A stretch of 63,297 nt of DNA, filler included, from Octopus bimaculoides (lineage: Eukaryota): NCBI RefSeq assembly GCF_001194135.2. It is 6 parts of 6 records of this genome, joined end to end, with 100 filler letters (N's around TTAATTAATTAA, not from the genome) between each part and the next. Parts side by side here need not be neighbours in the genome. Positions count along the whole stretch, not along the records: positions 1 to 1,848 come from NW_026398519.1; positions 1,949 to 6,078 come from NC_069001.1; positions 6,179 to 23,663 come from NC_068986.1; 3 more parts are not named here. One strand, given 5' to 3'. The position numbers and the translations under genes are program-made. This document shows, in pieces, positions 1 to 12,373 of this stretch (position 1 is the first letter of the stretch; each line of letters opens with the position of its first letter). The notes beneath the pieces were generated by a model. The model searched no databases. It saw only the letters and a list, made by a program, of their open reading frames with translations, and was not told where the DNA came from.

Positions 1-40
<40 letters not shown>

Positions 41-1450
41 TATATACAGAAACACACATAGATACATAACATACTCAAGTGGTAAATAAAACTGTAACAA
101 GCAGATCAATACCAATAAGAATAACAGCAATGAAACATTAAAAAACATGACAAAAACGACGGAAAAAACATTCCATATCCTTCCCCCCCCTACCTCTGCT
201 CTCCTCCTAGTCCCCCCACCTCCACCCTCACCACAACAACTATAACAATTGCAAAACAATGATTAGCTTGAACAACAACGACACCAACAACGACAAGAAC
301 GAGAAGATTAGCAAACATTAACATTTCCGGTGGCTCAAACCACATCACAGGAAGTGTGTATGTTTGTGATATCATCGCCATAATTGTGATGAGAATTAGT
401 AATCATTGTTAATGCTGTGCTTTGTGGAGCGTCTACACTTGATGTTGTTGTTGTGGTTCTTGTTAGTGATGATGATGATGATGATGAGAAGGTGGTAGAG
501 GCGGTGGTAATTGTGGTGGTGGTAGTGGANNNNNNNNNNNNNNNNNNNNNNNNNNNNNNNNNNNNNNNNNNNNNNNNNNNNNNNNNNNNNNNNNNNNNNN
601 NNNNNNNNNNNNNNNNNNNNNNNNNNNNNNNNNNNNNNNNNNNNNNNNNNNNNNNNNNNNNNNNNNNNNNNNNNNNNNNNNNNNNNNNNNNNNNNNNNNN
701 NNNNNNNNNNNNNNNNNNNNNNNNNNNNNNNNNNNNNNNNNNNNNNNNNNNNNNNNNNNNNNNNNNNNNNNNNNNNNNNNNNNNNNNNNNNNNNNNNNNN
801 NNNNNNNNNNNNNNNNNNNNNNNNNNNNNNNNNNNNNNNNNNNNNNNNNNNNNNNNNNNNNNNNNNNNNNNNNNNNNNNNNNNNNNNNNNNNNNNNNNNN
901 NNNNNNNNNNNNNNNNNNNNNNNNNNNNNNNNNNNNNNNNNNNNNNNNNNNNNNNNNNNNNNNNNNNNNNNNNNNNNNNNNNNNNNNNNNNNNNNNNNNN
1001 NNNNNNNNNNNNNNNNNNNNNNNNNNNNNNNNNNNNNNNNNNNNNNNNNNNNNNNNNNNNNNNNNNNNNNNNNNNNNNNNNNNNNNNNNNNNNNNNNNNN
1101 NNNNNNNNNNNNNNNNNNNNNNNNNNNNNNNNNNNNNNNNNNNNNNNNNNNNNNNNNNNNNNNNNNNNNNNNNNNNNNNNNACACACACACACACACACA
1201 CAAAAGTATGTGCCCCTGTGGCAAACTTAGAAACCATCAGCATCTCCATCACCATCAATATAATTTCAGAAAGTTATTTTTATTATATATATATATATAT
1301 ACTTTCATTTTGGTATTATTTTACACAAAATAAATAACAACATTAACGATAATAATAAAGTATATTCCTCCTTCTGCCACAAACGCTATAGAAAATTTAA
1401 TAATAATGATAATAATAACAATAATGATGATGATGATGATAATAATAATA

Positions 1451-1735
1451 TGTGACAGGTTAGCTTTGGAGGTAAAGCAATTGTGTTTGATGAAAAAGGT
1501 GGTAGTAGTATCAATAATTGTCGGAGCCCCGGGAACAGTGAGTAAAAATCTTGAGAAGTACATGGAACAAATAGGGGCTGCAATAAGGGTGGAGGACTTG
1601 CAGAAAACAACACTGCTTGGAACCGCTCGAATATTCCGGATGGTGCTCGAAAAATAAGAGCTATTTACCTTAGTTCACTGGTAGTGAACAGCTGACACCT
1701 TAGTACATCTCCAGCGTTAGAAGATGTGCAAAGGC
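1451..1735 (+). mobile_element. 5'-truncated R4/Dong-clade non-LTR retrotransposon: C-terminus of the restriction-like endonuclease plus 3'UTR
   Basis: Translation 1451-1657 (DRLALEVKQLCLMKKVVVVSIIVGAPGTVSKNLEKYMEQIGAAIRVEDLQKTTLLGTARIFRMVLEK*) fits the R4/Dong REL C-terminal pattern V.P(I/V)VIGALG...LQK..LLGTARILRKVL. Flanked on both sides by (TAA/TGA)n. Confidence 0.8.
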
Positions 1736-1949
1736 AATAATAATAATAATAATAATAATGATAATAGTAACCTCAATCCTTTATATATTAACCGAAATGA
1801 AGTAGATTGACAAAATTATTTTTTTGAACCTGTTGAAGACACACGAGANNNNNNNNNNNNNNNNNNNNNNNNNNNNNNNNNNNNNNNNNNNNTTAATTAA
1901 TTAANNNNNNNNNNNNNNNNNNNNNNNNNNNNNNNNNNNNNNNNNNNNT

Positions 1950-3100
1950 GTGTTTGAAGACGGTGATGATTTTAGCAATGTTAATGGCATCGTCAAGGAT
2001 AGATTTGGTTATAAATGGTTAATAATGGAATATTATTAAAAAAATCTGAAAAAAGTTAGTATTTGCTTCTATTCTGGATAAAATCAAATCAATCAATTAC
2101 GAAGATTATATAGTTCCGTAAGAGTGGAGATAACAAGTGTTTAATATTAGAAACAACGGAAGGCGATGCGCTGGCAGAATTGTTAGCAAGCTGGGAGCAA
2201 TGCTTAACGGTATTTCGACGTTCTGAGTTCAAATTCCGCCGCGGTTGACTTTGCCTTTCATCCTTTCGGGGTTGATAAAATAAGTATCAGTTAGACAGTA
2301 TAGTCGAGGTGATCGACTTGTCCTCTCCGCCGAAATTACTCACCTTTTGCCAAAATTTGAAACTAGTATTGACCTAACTAGAACTAATTGTAGATTCGCT
2401 ATTTCAAAGGGTTGTTTTATAAAGATGTATGAATTATATCTGTGTTCCTGGTGAGTTAGGATATCAGTTATGTCTCTATTAGATTTGGTTGCAATACATT
2501 TTACAGATGAGTTGACTGTATTTTAAATAGATAAGTAGATTTTACCTTGTTTTGTATTTTGAGATCGACATTGAAATAAAAATGTGGTAAGTCTGTTTGT
2601 CCAATTGATAAACGGTTTTCGACTAAACGGATTTCATAAAAATATATTCGCTACTCTTTATCTTCTTCATGTCTCTACAGACGTCTTTTTTACAAAGTAT
2701 TATTGCTGCTCCTGATGTTTTTCTTCTTAAGGGATTAGCCACTTTAAAAAGGTGGGAGAATAATGTTAGGAAGGGTCACTTAATAGTTTTTAGCCCATAA
2801 GTGTTTTTTGTGTTATGTGCTGAGTATTTCAAACAAAAATAACTTTCATCTGATCCGTTTAATAACATTTACCGTTTTCTTTAGATTACTGATAAGATTT
2901 TCGTTGCGGAATTGGGATATTCTTTGTCAGGGAAGGTATATGAATGGATTATATCTTGTTTGGTTTCAGTGTATATTAAAAGAGCTCAAGTATACAAAGG
3001 AGCTTGTATATCAATGCTAGCGCTGTTAATGATTGAATGGTAACAACCGCATTCTCCTGAAAGAACTCAACTCATAAATGCTTTATGAAAAGAGGTTGAT
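1950..3100 (-). mobile_element. Heavily decayed Penelope-like element ORF (N-terminal and RT region), interrupted by a SINE at about 2159-2363
   Basis: Fragmentary minus-strand peptides such as NSSVKCIATK..ITDILTHQEH..QPFEIAN and FIQNRSKY.LFSDF...PFITKSILDDAINIAKIIT resemble PLE RT motifs (ITLKDHK, FDI..FYPSI...LL..A..FAK). Many stops and frameshifts. Confidence 0.4.
2159..2363 (+). mobile_element. SINE family B (tRNA-like head; GCCTTTCATCCTTTCGGGGTCGATAAAATAAGTA core, resembling the Nin/Deu domain)
   Basis: A-box-like TGGCAGAATTG and B-box GAGTTCAAATTC. Same core recurs at 3676-3865(-), 14665-14890, 14975-15110, 15380-15560, 23152-23270(-), 25610-25795, 42424-42620 and 50614-50810. Confidence 0.85.
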
Positions 3101-3675
3101 TGCGACTTCATATTTCACCAGTCTTGAGGCTTGCACAAACAACGAATTAAGATGCAGAATTTGTTGGCGATTTCGTGGATGATACGTGGGAGGGGGTGAG
3201 GATATTGCTAATAAGGCACAGTGGTGGTTAGACAATTGAGTGTTTTTATATCGTAGAAGTATTTGAAATGTAGTCTTTGAAATGGATGGATTAGAAGTGA
3301 ATGTATGAGGAGATGCTATATAAAAAGATTACACACACATAAACACGCGCACACACAAATATACACATGCATATATATGAGTATATATACATTTCTAGTG
3401 TAGTACTCATAGAATCGTGTGGCTATCATAGAAAGCTCCTCCAGCAGACTCGGCTAGCAAACCACATAGTAATCCAAAACGGAGGAGTGTAGCGCAGAGC
3501 GCTATGCAGCTGTAAACTAGGAGATCCAATCGATGAGATTATTTCATGAGGAGTATTATAAACCATAACAAGTCAGTGGGTATGAGAGATGAATATAGTT
3601 ATTTAACCACTTGTCATCCTTAAGATTACGGCCGGTTCGCAACCAACGTCATGTAAAAATAATTATTATTATTTC

Positions 3676-3863
3676 TACACTAGGCACAAGGCGTTGAAAG
3701 TTTTTGTGGAAGGGTGGGGATAGTCGAGTACATAGACCCCAGTGCATAACTGGTACTTATTGAATTGACCTCGAAAGGATGAAAGGCAAAGTCGACCTCG
3801 GCGACGTTTGAACTCAGAACGTAAAGACAGACGAAATACTGCTAAGCATTTCGCCACGCTTGC

Positions 3864-3865
<2 letters not shown>
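3676..3865 (-). mobile_element. SINE family B copy
   Basis: Reverse complement of the family B core (gaaaggatgaaaggcaaagtcgacctcggcg...tttgaactcagaac). Confidence 0.85.
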
Positions 3866-3911
<46 letters not shown>

Positions 3912-3919
3912 TAGATAGT

Positions 3920-3968
<49 letters not shown>
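3866..3968. repeat. Compound (AGAC)n(AGAT)n microsatellite
   Basis: Directly visible tandem repeats. Confidence 0.95.
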
Positions 3969-3969
<1 letters not shown>

Positions 3970-4536
3970 TGCATTCTAAGGGCAGAGAGTGCTAAAAAAA
4001 AAAGGCTATTGTTTGTAGATAAACCGAAAAAAATAGTTCACCGTGTAAATATAGTAACAGAAGTGTATCGTCAGAGCACATCGTGTTTCTGTAAACTCAG
4101 CGACATAATAAGAAAACTTAGCAACCGAATGCATCAACAGGAATTTAAATGAAGCTCGATCAAGTCCTTCCGAGATTAAATATACTCGTGACGATAAAGT
4201 CACGATGCGACAAAATTCCGTGAAACTCCGTTGTAATTCAGATCAGCCACACTCAAGGACGTTATTTTAAACACACACGCACACACACAGACACAGACAC
4301 ACACACACAGACACACACACACATACACACACAGACACACACACACACACACGCACGCACGCACGTACACTACACCCATATACACATGCGCTCGCCCGCG
4401 AGTGCAGTTATTTGTATATATCTGTGCTTCCGCATATATATATATATATATGTATGTATCGTATCGTATCGTCTCCCAATTGATCAGTTTTTTGTTACGA
4501 TCCTTTTGATCGAAAATCTAACCCCCACCCTTTAAG

Positions 4537-4574
<38 letters not shown>

Positions 4575-4644
4575 CTTTCTCCTCCCCCCAAAAGGAAAAG
4601 TTTGCAGGTATTATGTGTCGGCGTGTAATACATGCATATATCAT

Positions 4645-4800
4645 AAGCATGGATGTGTGATAAGAAGCTTGCTTCCCACCCACTTAGTTCTGGGTACAGT
4701 CCCATTGTCATTCTACTCTAGTCTCGGGTTGACCAAAGCCGTGTCAGTGGAACTGGTGGATGGAAACTGAAAGAATCCCGTCGTATGTGTGTGTGTAATT
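4645..4800 (+). mobile_element. SINE family A, diverged 5' half
   Basis: Similar to the head of the 9432-9826 copy (gtgtgataagaagcttgcttccca...gaccaaagcc...ggaaactgaaagaa). Confidence 0.75.
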
Positions 4801-5014
4801 TGTTCAATACATGATATATATGTCTGTACTTGTTGTTATTGGGTGTATCTGTAAAGGCTTGTCTTTGATTTAGCACAATCGTTTAATAAATTCTATAGCA
4901 GCAAATGTATGAACTCCACAGCACTGTCCATAAGAATCAATCTAACACATTTTTGTCTAAACGGGTAAAGTAAACCATGTTAGCCAGACATTAGCTGAGA
5001 TTTGATACATATTC

Positions 5015-5760
5015 ATACCACGTGATCAAGTGACTGAGAAGGTCTAATAATACCAAAACACGTGCATAGTTGTCATTATACTACTAGATGTCAAACACAC
5101 TTCACACTATATTCCACATGTAAATAACTTAATTAACATTTTAGAGTTATCTCCCCTACCTTTTCCACCAGAATTATTCATTTATATAATGATTGCCCTA
5201 ACCACTGAAGGCATAACGTTAACGTATCTTTCGGTCACTGTTAGATTATACTTGACTGATGAAGTTAAATAACCCAGAAACGTGACCAAAATTATCTCCT
5301 ATGCAGGTGCAAAACAGGCTCCCTTTCCACCGTACACCGCATTTAATTAACTTTCATGAATTGGAATTAATTAGTCATTTAGATAATGGCTGCTCATATC
5401 GTTAATTGTATTATTTTAATTAATCAACATTTCTTGAATTATTACATCAATTATGCTGGCACTCACTTCCTTAAGTGAACAGACCACGTGATTACACTGA
5501 CGGATGACACAACAAAGACCACGTGACTATATCATGAAAGTACTATAGAAAGTGACGATATGATTAGAGAAATTAATTAGACCATGTGATTAAAGGTTGT
5601 TGTTGTTTGTTAATTCGCCATGACTAGTCAGTTGAAATGTGACCATTTTGAATTCCAGTGTAGATGGAATCCCCAGTCGTGACTGTTTCGTCTTTTTACT
5701 TTTTTCTTTTGTTGTTGTTTTGTTTTGCAAGTATTGTGCATCAGAGACCACGTAATTCAA
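5015..5760. promoter_or_regulatory. Candidate enhancer with clustered E-boxes (CACGTG) and TAAT-rich segment
   Basis: CACGTG at 5019, 5059, 5485 and 5520. AGACCACGTGA occurs exactly twice (5481, 5516), with near-copies at 5579 and 5745. Dense TAATTA/ATTAAT at about 5340-5430. Confidence 0.3.
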
Positions 5761-5916
5761 TGAGCATTCCACTCAGTTACCATGGTAGGCTCTGATTTTT
5801 GAGAGATTTAACTGTTATTTCCAATATCCACACAGTTGATAGAATAGTCGTTGATTGGGTACATAGAGAGGTGATGTTTTGTGTATGTCTCTGTTCAGCC
5901 ATTAAATTTTAGCGTA

Positions 5917-6078
5917 CAGTAATTTCTCGCCATATCGCGGTTCACCCATCGCGGTTCACCCATCGCGGTTCACCCATCGCGGTTTATTATTTAAGTTTAC
6001 GTCGATTTCTCTGTGGTGTTGTTTTGCATTTATAACAAAATTAATATATACAAATTATAAAAATTATATATATATATA
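5917..6078 (+). mobile_element. Probable pogo/Tigger-type DNA transposon terminus with an internal 14-bp tandem repeat
   Basis: TA followed by CAGTAATTTCTCGCCATATCGCGGTTCACC, resembling pogo-like TIRs. ATCGCGGTTCACCC is repeated about 3.5 times. Runs into an assembly gap, so the other end is not seen. Confidence 0.45.
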
Positions 6079-6679
6079 NNNNNNNNNNNNNNNNNNNNNN
6101 NNNNNNNNNNNNNNNNNNNNNNTTAATTAATTAANNNNNNNNNNNNNNNNNNNNNNNNNNNNNNNNNNNNNNNNNNNNCCTAACACAACTCTCAATTCTC
6201 ATGCATCCTTATTTTTCCAACCATTATATACATGAATTACCATTGAACTTTAAAAGCTCAAAGACAATATAATGTATTGGTATATTTATTTTTTTATATA
6301 TTATTTTTTTTATATATTATTTTCTTCATTTTGTACTTCTTTGTAAAAAACATTTTCATTCTCCCTCTTCTTGAAAATTTGCTATACAATGAAAGCCAGT
6401 TAGAATTCTTTATTAAAATATGCTTCCAGTTTAGCATTCTGCCTTATTATTATTTTTCATTTTCCTATTATTTCTCCACGTGCGGTTAACACAACCCCAC
6501 TATTTACTGACTTATATATATATATATATATATTTGTATGTGTGTATATATATATGTATGGTTCTATGTACATATGTGCATGCATATGTTTGCCTATATA
6601 TATCTGTGTGTAGCAGGGGTATTTGTGGATATACATATATGTGCATGTATAAATATGTATGTGTCTGAACGTGCATATA

Positions 6680-7130
6680 AAGTGGACTAAACCTTTCATA
6701 TCCCACCAAACAGATAACAACACCTTACATGGGTGAAGACCTTCTTTAGCCTGGGGTGCCAGTGTTTCTCCTTTCCCTACCCACTGTCTTCAGTGCTTGA
6801 GATTTTTATAGAGAACCCATTTCTCATCACCAGTCACTATTTGGTCCAAAAAAGGTTCATTTGCGAGACATGATAATAAAGAAGAGCACACATTCACTCT
6901 CTGCATGTGATTAGGCTTGGAAGGTTTGTGAGGAACCCACTGAGCCAATTTGCTGACTTTTCCAATGGCATGTAGGTGTTGATGAATGTTTGAATGACCA
7001 AATTCAAGCTTCTTTGCTAGTTCTTCAACTGTTACAATGGGATTTTGTTTGACCAATGGGATTTTGTTTGTAGACATCATTGCCAAGCTCTACAGATCTT
7101 TCAGGATGAGGCTCATCTTCCAGGCTGTAG
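6680..7130 (-). mobile_element. Mariner transposase fragment (N-terminal half to the first catalytic D)
   Basis: EDEPHPERSVEL...EELAKKLEFGHSNIHQHLHAIGKVSKLAQWVPHK...FLDQIVTGDEKWVLY, then KVLLSVWWDMKGLVHF. Contains WVPHEL-like and TGDEKW motifs; frameshifted. Confidence 0.9.
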
Positions 7131-7332
7131 ATTCTGGCTTGGAATTTCTGGAACCACTGTTGATGCTGGCTTTGGCTTTGGTTGGCCTGAGGCTGTAGTA
7201 GAAGACACTCGCTGAAGGTACCATTCAGTGGGACTGAACCTGGAATGTGGTTGAGAAGCAAGCTTCTTACTACACTGCCATGCCTGTATATATACATGAT
7301 GGTCTTTTGCAAAGATTCAATTGTATACATAA

Positions 7333-7349
<17 letters not shown>

Positions 7350-7368
<19 letters not shown>

Positions 7369-7570
7369 ATATATATATATATACACACATACATATATAT
7401 ATATATATATACACATACATACACACGGTAGGCTTCTGCACAGTTTCTGTCTACCAAATTCACTCACAAGACATTGATGAACCTGGAGCTATGCTCAAAG
7501 TGTCACACAGTGGGATTGAACCCAAAGCTACCTGGTTGCATAGTGAGCTTCTTAACCACACGGCCCTGCC
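7350..7570 (-). mobile_element. SINE family A, diverged 5' half
   Basis: Reverse complement of the family A head (ggcttctgcacagtttctgtctaccaaattcactcacaag...agcttcttaaccacacggcc). Confidence 0.75.
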
Positions 7571-8216
7571 TGTGTCTGATGGATATTTTTGAAACAGATT
7601 TAGCTATATGTGTAGTGGGGAACTGAATGTAAAGTCCTTTCTCCTATGTGAATATTGCTTACAAAACTATCACAATTGCGAAATACCAGAAAGAAGGGGT
7701 ATACAAAGTTGGTAAAGATATTTTTTTGGCAAAGCACTAAAAATCTTGGTTGCAGAGTAGAAGGTAACGGTAGGAGTAGGTTGTGTGCTCTGCAATGCAA
7801 TGCATGGGAAAAATCTTTTGCAGTCAGACTGGTCTTGCAGGAGCTATGGTGCTGGGTGATATTAGTTGTCTGTGGAATTGAATAATCTAATGATAGCAAT
7901 TTCTGTACAATTCCATGAATTATATTTCAAAATCAACTTGATTCTGAAATAATTGAATCCTATCTGTTGTTAAAAGAATTTGCCGAAGACAAATGTCATA
8001 TTAATGTATTTGTGTGTTGTTGTGAGTGCATATGTATATGAGTGTGTGTGTGTGTGTGTGGGTGTGTGTGTGTGCTTGTGTGTCTGCATAAATATATTCA
8101 TTTATCTGCATCTCCTTACACCCCCACCCCCCACACACATGCACACATATGCATATATGGACACATGGATAGATATTTGAAAATATTAATTAGTATATTG
8201 ATATATATTCTATTTT

Positions 8217-8282
<66 letters not shown>

Positions 8283-8436
8283 CAATATTAACATATGTAT
8301 GAGTACAAAGCAATATATTCTTTTATGTATAAGGGAATATACAATTTGGTGTGTGAAGACAGAAGTGGAATTGTTTATGTATGTATGCAGAGCTTGTAGA
8401 ACTGTGGATATGAATATGTGGCTACCATTGCATATC

Positions 8437-8497
<61 letters not shown>

Positions 8498-9431
8498 GTG
8501 CGTATGTGTGTGTATGTGTTTGCATTTAAATATATACATATACAAACTTACCCACTCATAAAGTATGTATAAAGAATGTATATATCCCTGTTGACATATA
8601 CATAGAAAATTCAAATTAATAAGCAGTTGATGGCCGGCTTTGCTTTAACGATATATTTATATGCCTAATGGATATTGAATTAATGTATATTTAATATCAT
8701 TTTCATTGTAGAATGATAACAGTTATGTTGTTTCATTTTGTCTGTGTTTTTTGTTTTTGTTTTTCTTTACATTTATGTTTTTGCATGTTTGTGTGTTTGT
8801 GTGCTTTGGAAATGTTCCTTGCAGCGATGCTTTCTGCTGTTATCTGACTCAATTCTTCTCTCTGACTTGCGATGAAAACAGTCTCTTATGAAGTTGTAAT
8901 TCATTTTTAAAGAGATATCTGGTTTTGTCACACAACGTGAAGGCAACTAAAAATGATTTGATAATAAATAGCATGGCTGAATCTAAATCACAGGGAGGTG
9001 TCTAACTTATATCTAGTTAACTCTTGCAAAAGAAAGAAAAAAGGAAAACTTCAAGGGTTTCAGTACCATCAGTGGTATTTAGATCTGGTTTTTGTTCAGT
9101 CATTACGGTCGTTGTTGTTTGTTCTTTAACCCAGCTCAGCCATAATTGAGTAGAACTATGATCATAGGAATTCCTAGCTTTTTTGCTTTCAAGCATAATG
9201 TATCTGGGGCTGCATTATATAATGCAGTCTTGGGCAAATTGTGGCCCATGGGGTTTTCTGAATGTTGTGTCTTATGAAAAATTACCTAGAATTTTTTTAA
9301 AAATTTGTGCAGCTTACCTAATGCTGAACCATATCTCCTATGATCTGCTTCTCAAGAAGGCTTGCTTTGGCCTAATCCAATGTGTCCTCAGTTATTTTTA
9401 AATATCATAGAACATAATAGTAAAGAGATTT

Positions 9432-9825
9432 GGCGCAGGAATGGCTGTGTGGTAAGTAGCTTGCTTACCAACCACATGGTTCCGGGTTCAGTCCCACTGC
9501 ATGGCATCTTGGGCAAGTGTCTTCTACTATAGCCTCAGGCCGACCAAAGCCTTGTGAGTGGATTTGGTAGACAGAAACTGAAAGAAGCCTGTTGTATATA
9601 TATATATATATATATGTGTGTTTGTGTGTCTGTGTTTGTCCCCCTGCAACATCACTTGACAACCGATGCTGGTGTGTTTACGTCCCCATAACTTAGCAGT
9701 TCGACAAAAAGAGACCAATAGAATAAGTAACTAGGCTTACAAAGAATAAGTCTTGGGGTTGATTTTCTCGACTAAAGGCGGTGCTCCAGCATGGCCGCAG
9801 TCAAATGACTGAAACAAGTAAAAGA

Positions 9826-9826
<1 letters not shown>
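9432..9826 (+). mobile_element. SINE family A, full-length tRNA-derived SINE with internal (TA)n
   Basis: A box TGGCTGTGTGG, B box GGTTCAGTCCC, cttgggcaagtgtcttctactatagcc core, internal TA tract, 3' tail ggcggtgctccagcatggccgcagtcaaatgactgaaacaagtaaaagag. Multiple copies in the window. Confidence 0.92.
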
Positions 9827-9871
<45 letters not shown>

Positions 9872-10100
9872 GATTGAACAGATTGGCTGATGGCTTTTGT
9901 CCTCATGATAGCCATCTACTCAGACTTTGTTGCATTGAGAAACTGATCAACCATGGCTACTGCATTCTCAAGGGACGTTATAAAGTCTTGCGCATTACGC
10001 AGTCAATGAGCTGTAAGGGCAAAACCATCAGCATAATGGGAGTCAGAGAAGATGCAGGCTCTGTTGGCATTTTGATACAGACTTACATACACGTGTGTGA

Positions 10101-10140
<40 letters not shown>

Positions 10141-10435
10141 CCCCTCCAATACTCATTTCCACTCTCACTGTATTATGTTGTCAGTGTGACTAAAGATGTA
10201 AGCAAATCTCCACCACTCACTGCATCATGCTCCCAGCGTAATTAGGGCTATCCACTGGACACATGTGACCTTTTCATCTGATCCTTAACACCCTAGCTCT
10301 TTCGGCCGTCTCAGTGGGCTATTGGCATATGTACAAGGGATTACATCGGAACTTAATGTACTCCATTCGTCCTTGCTCCTGCCACCTCCACTCGGTATTA
10401 GTAGCCTTCGGTCACTCTTAAAATTCATCCACCAC

Positions 10436-10468
<33 letters not shown>

Positions 10469-10809
10469 CCTTCATTTACCCCCCCCCCCCTTTTTTTTTC
10501 TCTCCCATCATTGCAATCATTCTGCTTCTTCTGATGTATTCCCGTCTTGTTCCTTTCTTCTAGTCATCCTGCTTCTTTCTGTCATTACTGTCTTTTACAT
10601 TCACTTCCTCAGCTATGCAATCCTGTGTGTGTTGTTTTGAGTATGCAATGGAGAGGTTAGGACTCTTTCATCCTCCACAAAAGTGATGGGTGTTAGAAAG
10701 CTACTCCACCAGTTGATGCTACAATAAATCTGCTTAGGACACTCTGTAAACCGTTTCACGAGTGGAAAGAGATATAGGGTTGAGAGACCCCTTTAGTCTT
10801 GTTAGAAAT

Positions 10810-11035
10810 GACATCTCTGTTAGTGCCACTATGATGAAATGCACTCAGTAGACTCTGTGGTGCTGGTGATAGGTAGAACATCCAGCTATAGAAGAAACCA
10901 ATAAAAAGAAAAAGATGAAATGTTTGAGCCAAGATGTGGCCCTCTGACCTGTCTAGGAGTAACTCCATGTAAGAACTGACTCAGACGTTGATGATCCATC
11001 AAACCCATGCTGGCAGAGAACGAGGATGTAAAGCA
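10810..11035 (+). mobile_element. Diverged RTE-type 3' tail repeat
   Basis: catccagctatagaa...aacccatgctggcagagaacgaggatgtaaa resembles the 35545-35748 tail. Confidence 0.55.
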
Positions 11036-11429
11036 ACAAATGTGCGCGCATACATACATATANNNNNNNNNNNNNNNNNNNNNNNNNNNNNNNNNNNNNN
11101 NNNNNNNNNNNNNNNNNNNNNNNNNNNNNNNNNNNNNNNNNNNNNNNNNNNNNNNNNNNNNNNNNNNNNNNNNNNNNNNNNNNNNNNNNNNNNNNNNNNN
11201 NNNNNNNNNNNNNNNNNNNNNNNNNNNNNNNNNNNNNNNNNNNNNNNNNNNNNNNNNNNNNNNNNNNNTATATATATATATATACACACATATACATACA
11301 CACACACACACACATATATATATATACATATGTAAAATATATATGCTCTAGTATGTATGTATGTGCACATGTTTGCATATGTGTGTGTGCCTACGAATAC
11401 ATATACATGCACACCCATGTGTGTGCATG

Positions 11430-11466
<37 letters not shown>

Positions 11467-12308
11467 CTTTATCTATATAAATGGTTGTCTGAACCATTCT
11501 CTCATTTGTTTTTCAACAGATGCCATTGTCATAAACTACATTGAATACTCTGTAATTGGCTTCAGTTATCTGATACCTCTCACTACCCCTCTTTACACCT
11601 CTCTCTCTATTTCCCCTCTCTCTACATTTATGCTTCGGAATCTTTTTTTTTTTTTCGTTTTTCTTATATATTTTCACATGGTGCACACACCCCACCCCTC
11701 TCTTTCTCATTCTTTACATGTCTCTCCTCCTCTCCTTCTGCACATGTGCAGACACACTGTTGCACACAAATTCCTTCTCTTATTTTTGGTTCCTCCGCCA
11801 TCTCTGTACCTTTGTTTTGCATTTGCATCCTTATATCTTCTCTTTCCAATTAAACACACACACACACACACTGGCACACTGACACACACACATATTCATG
11901 CACATGCACACATAATATCCATGCGCACATACACACCCTGTCTCTCGTTTAACACCCCTGTGCATTGTCGTTCACACTCATATTTTGCTATCTCCTACCT
12001 TCTCTCTGCAATCCCCCCCACCCCACTCCATTTACATATTCATCATCATCACCACCACCACCATCACTATCATTGCTACAACCACTGCCATCTGCCATCT
12101 TTGCAAATACCCTCATCTCATCCACCCTTTCTTCACCCCGAAACTACGATCATCAGTCTATGATTTATGATTGAATATAAAATTAATCTCTGAAGACAAC
12201 ACACATAGCACGCACGCATATAACACACACACACTCACACACACACATGCACACACCTCTTCCAATTTTCCTCATATGCAGACACACATGTATGTATGTG
12301 TGTGTGTG

Positions 12309-12373
<65 letters not shown>

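Noticed and set aside
335-1337. Long ORFs of 200-500 aa in the track (also 12171-13788, 17588-20108, 34170-35556, 53271-56251, 58937-61824)
   Set aside because: Their length comes from N-gaps read as X and from microsatellites; no coding evidence, apart from the RTE part at 35242-35465.
1849-1948. TTAATTAATTAA palindrome centred in N runs, also at 6079-6178, 23664-23763, 41799-41898 and 58055-58154
   Set aside because: Identical 44N+12+44N layout each time, with stops in all six frames. This is an artificial scaffolding linker, not biology.
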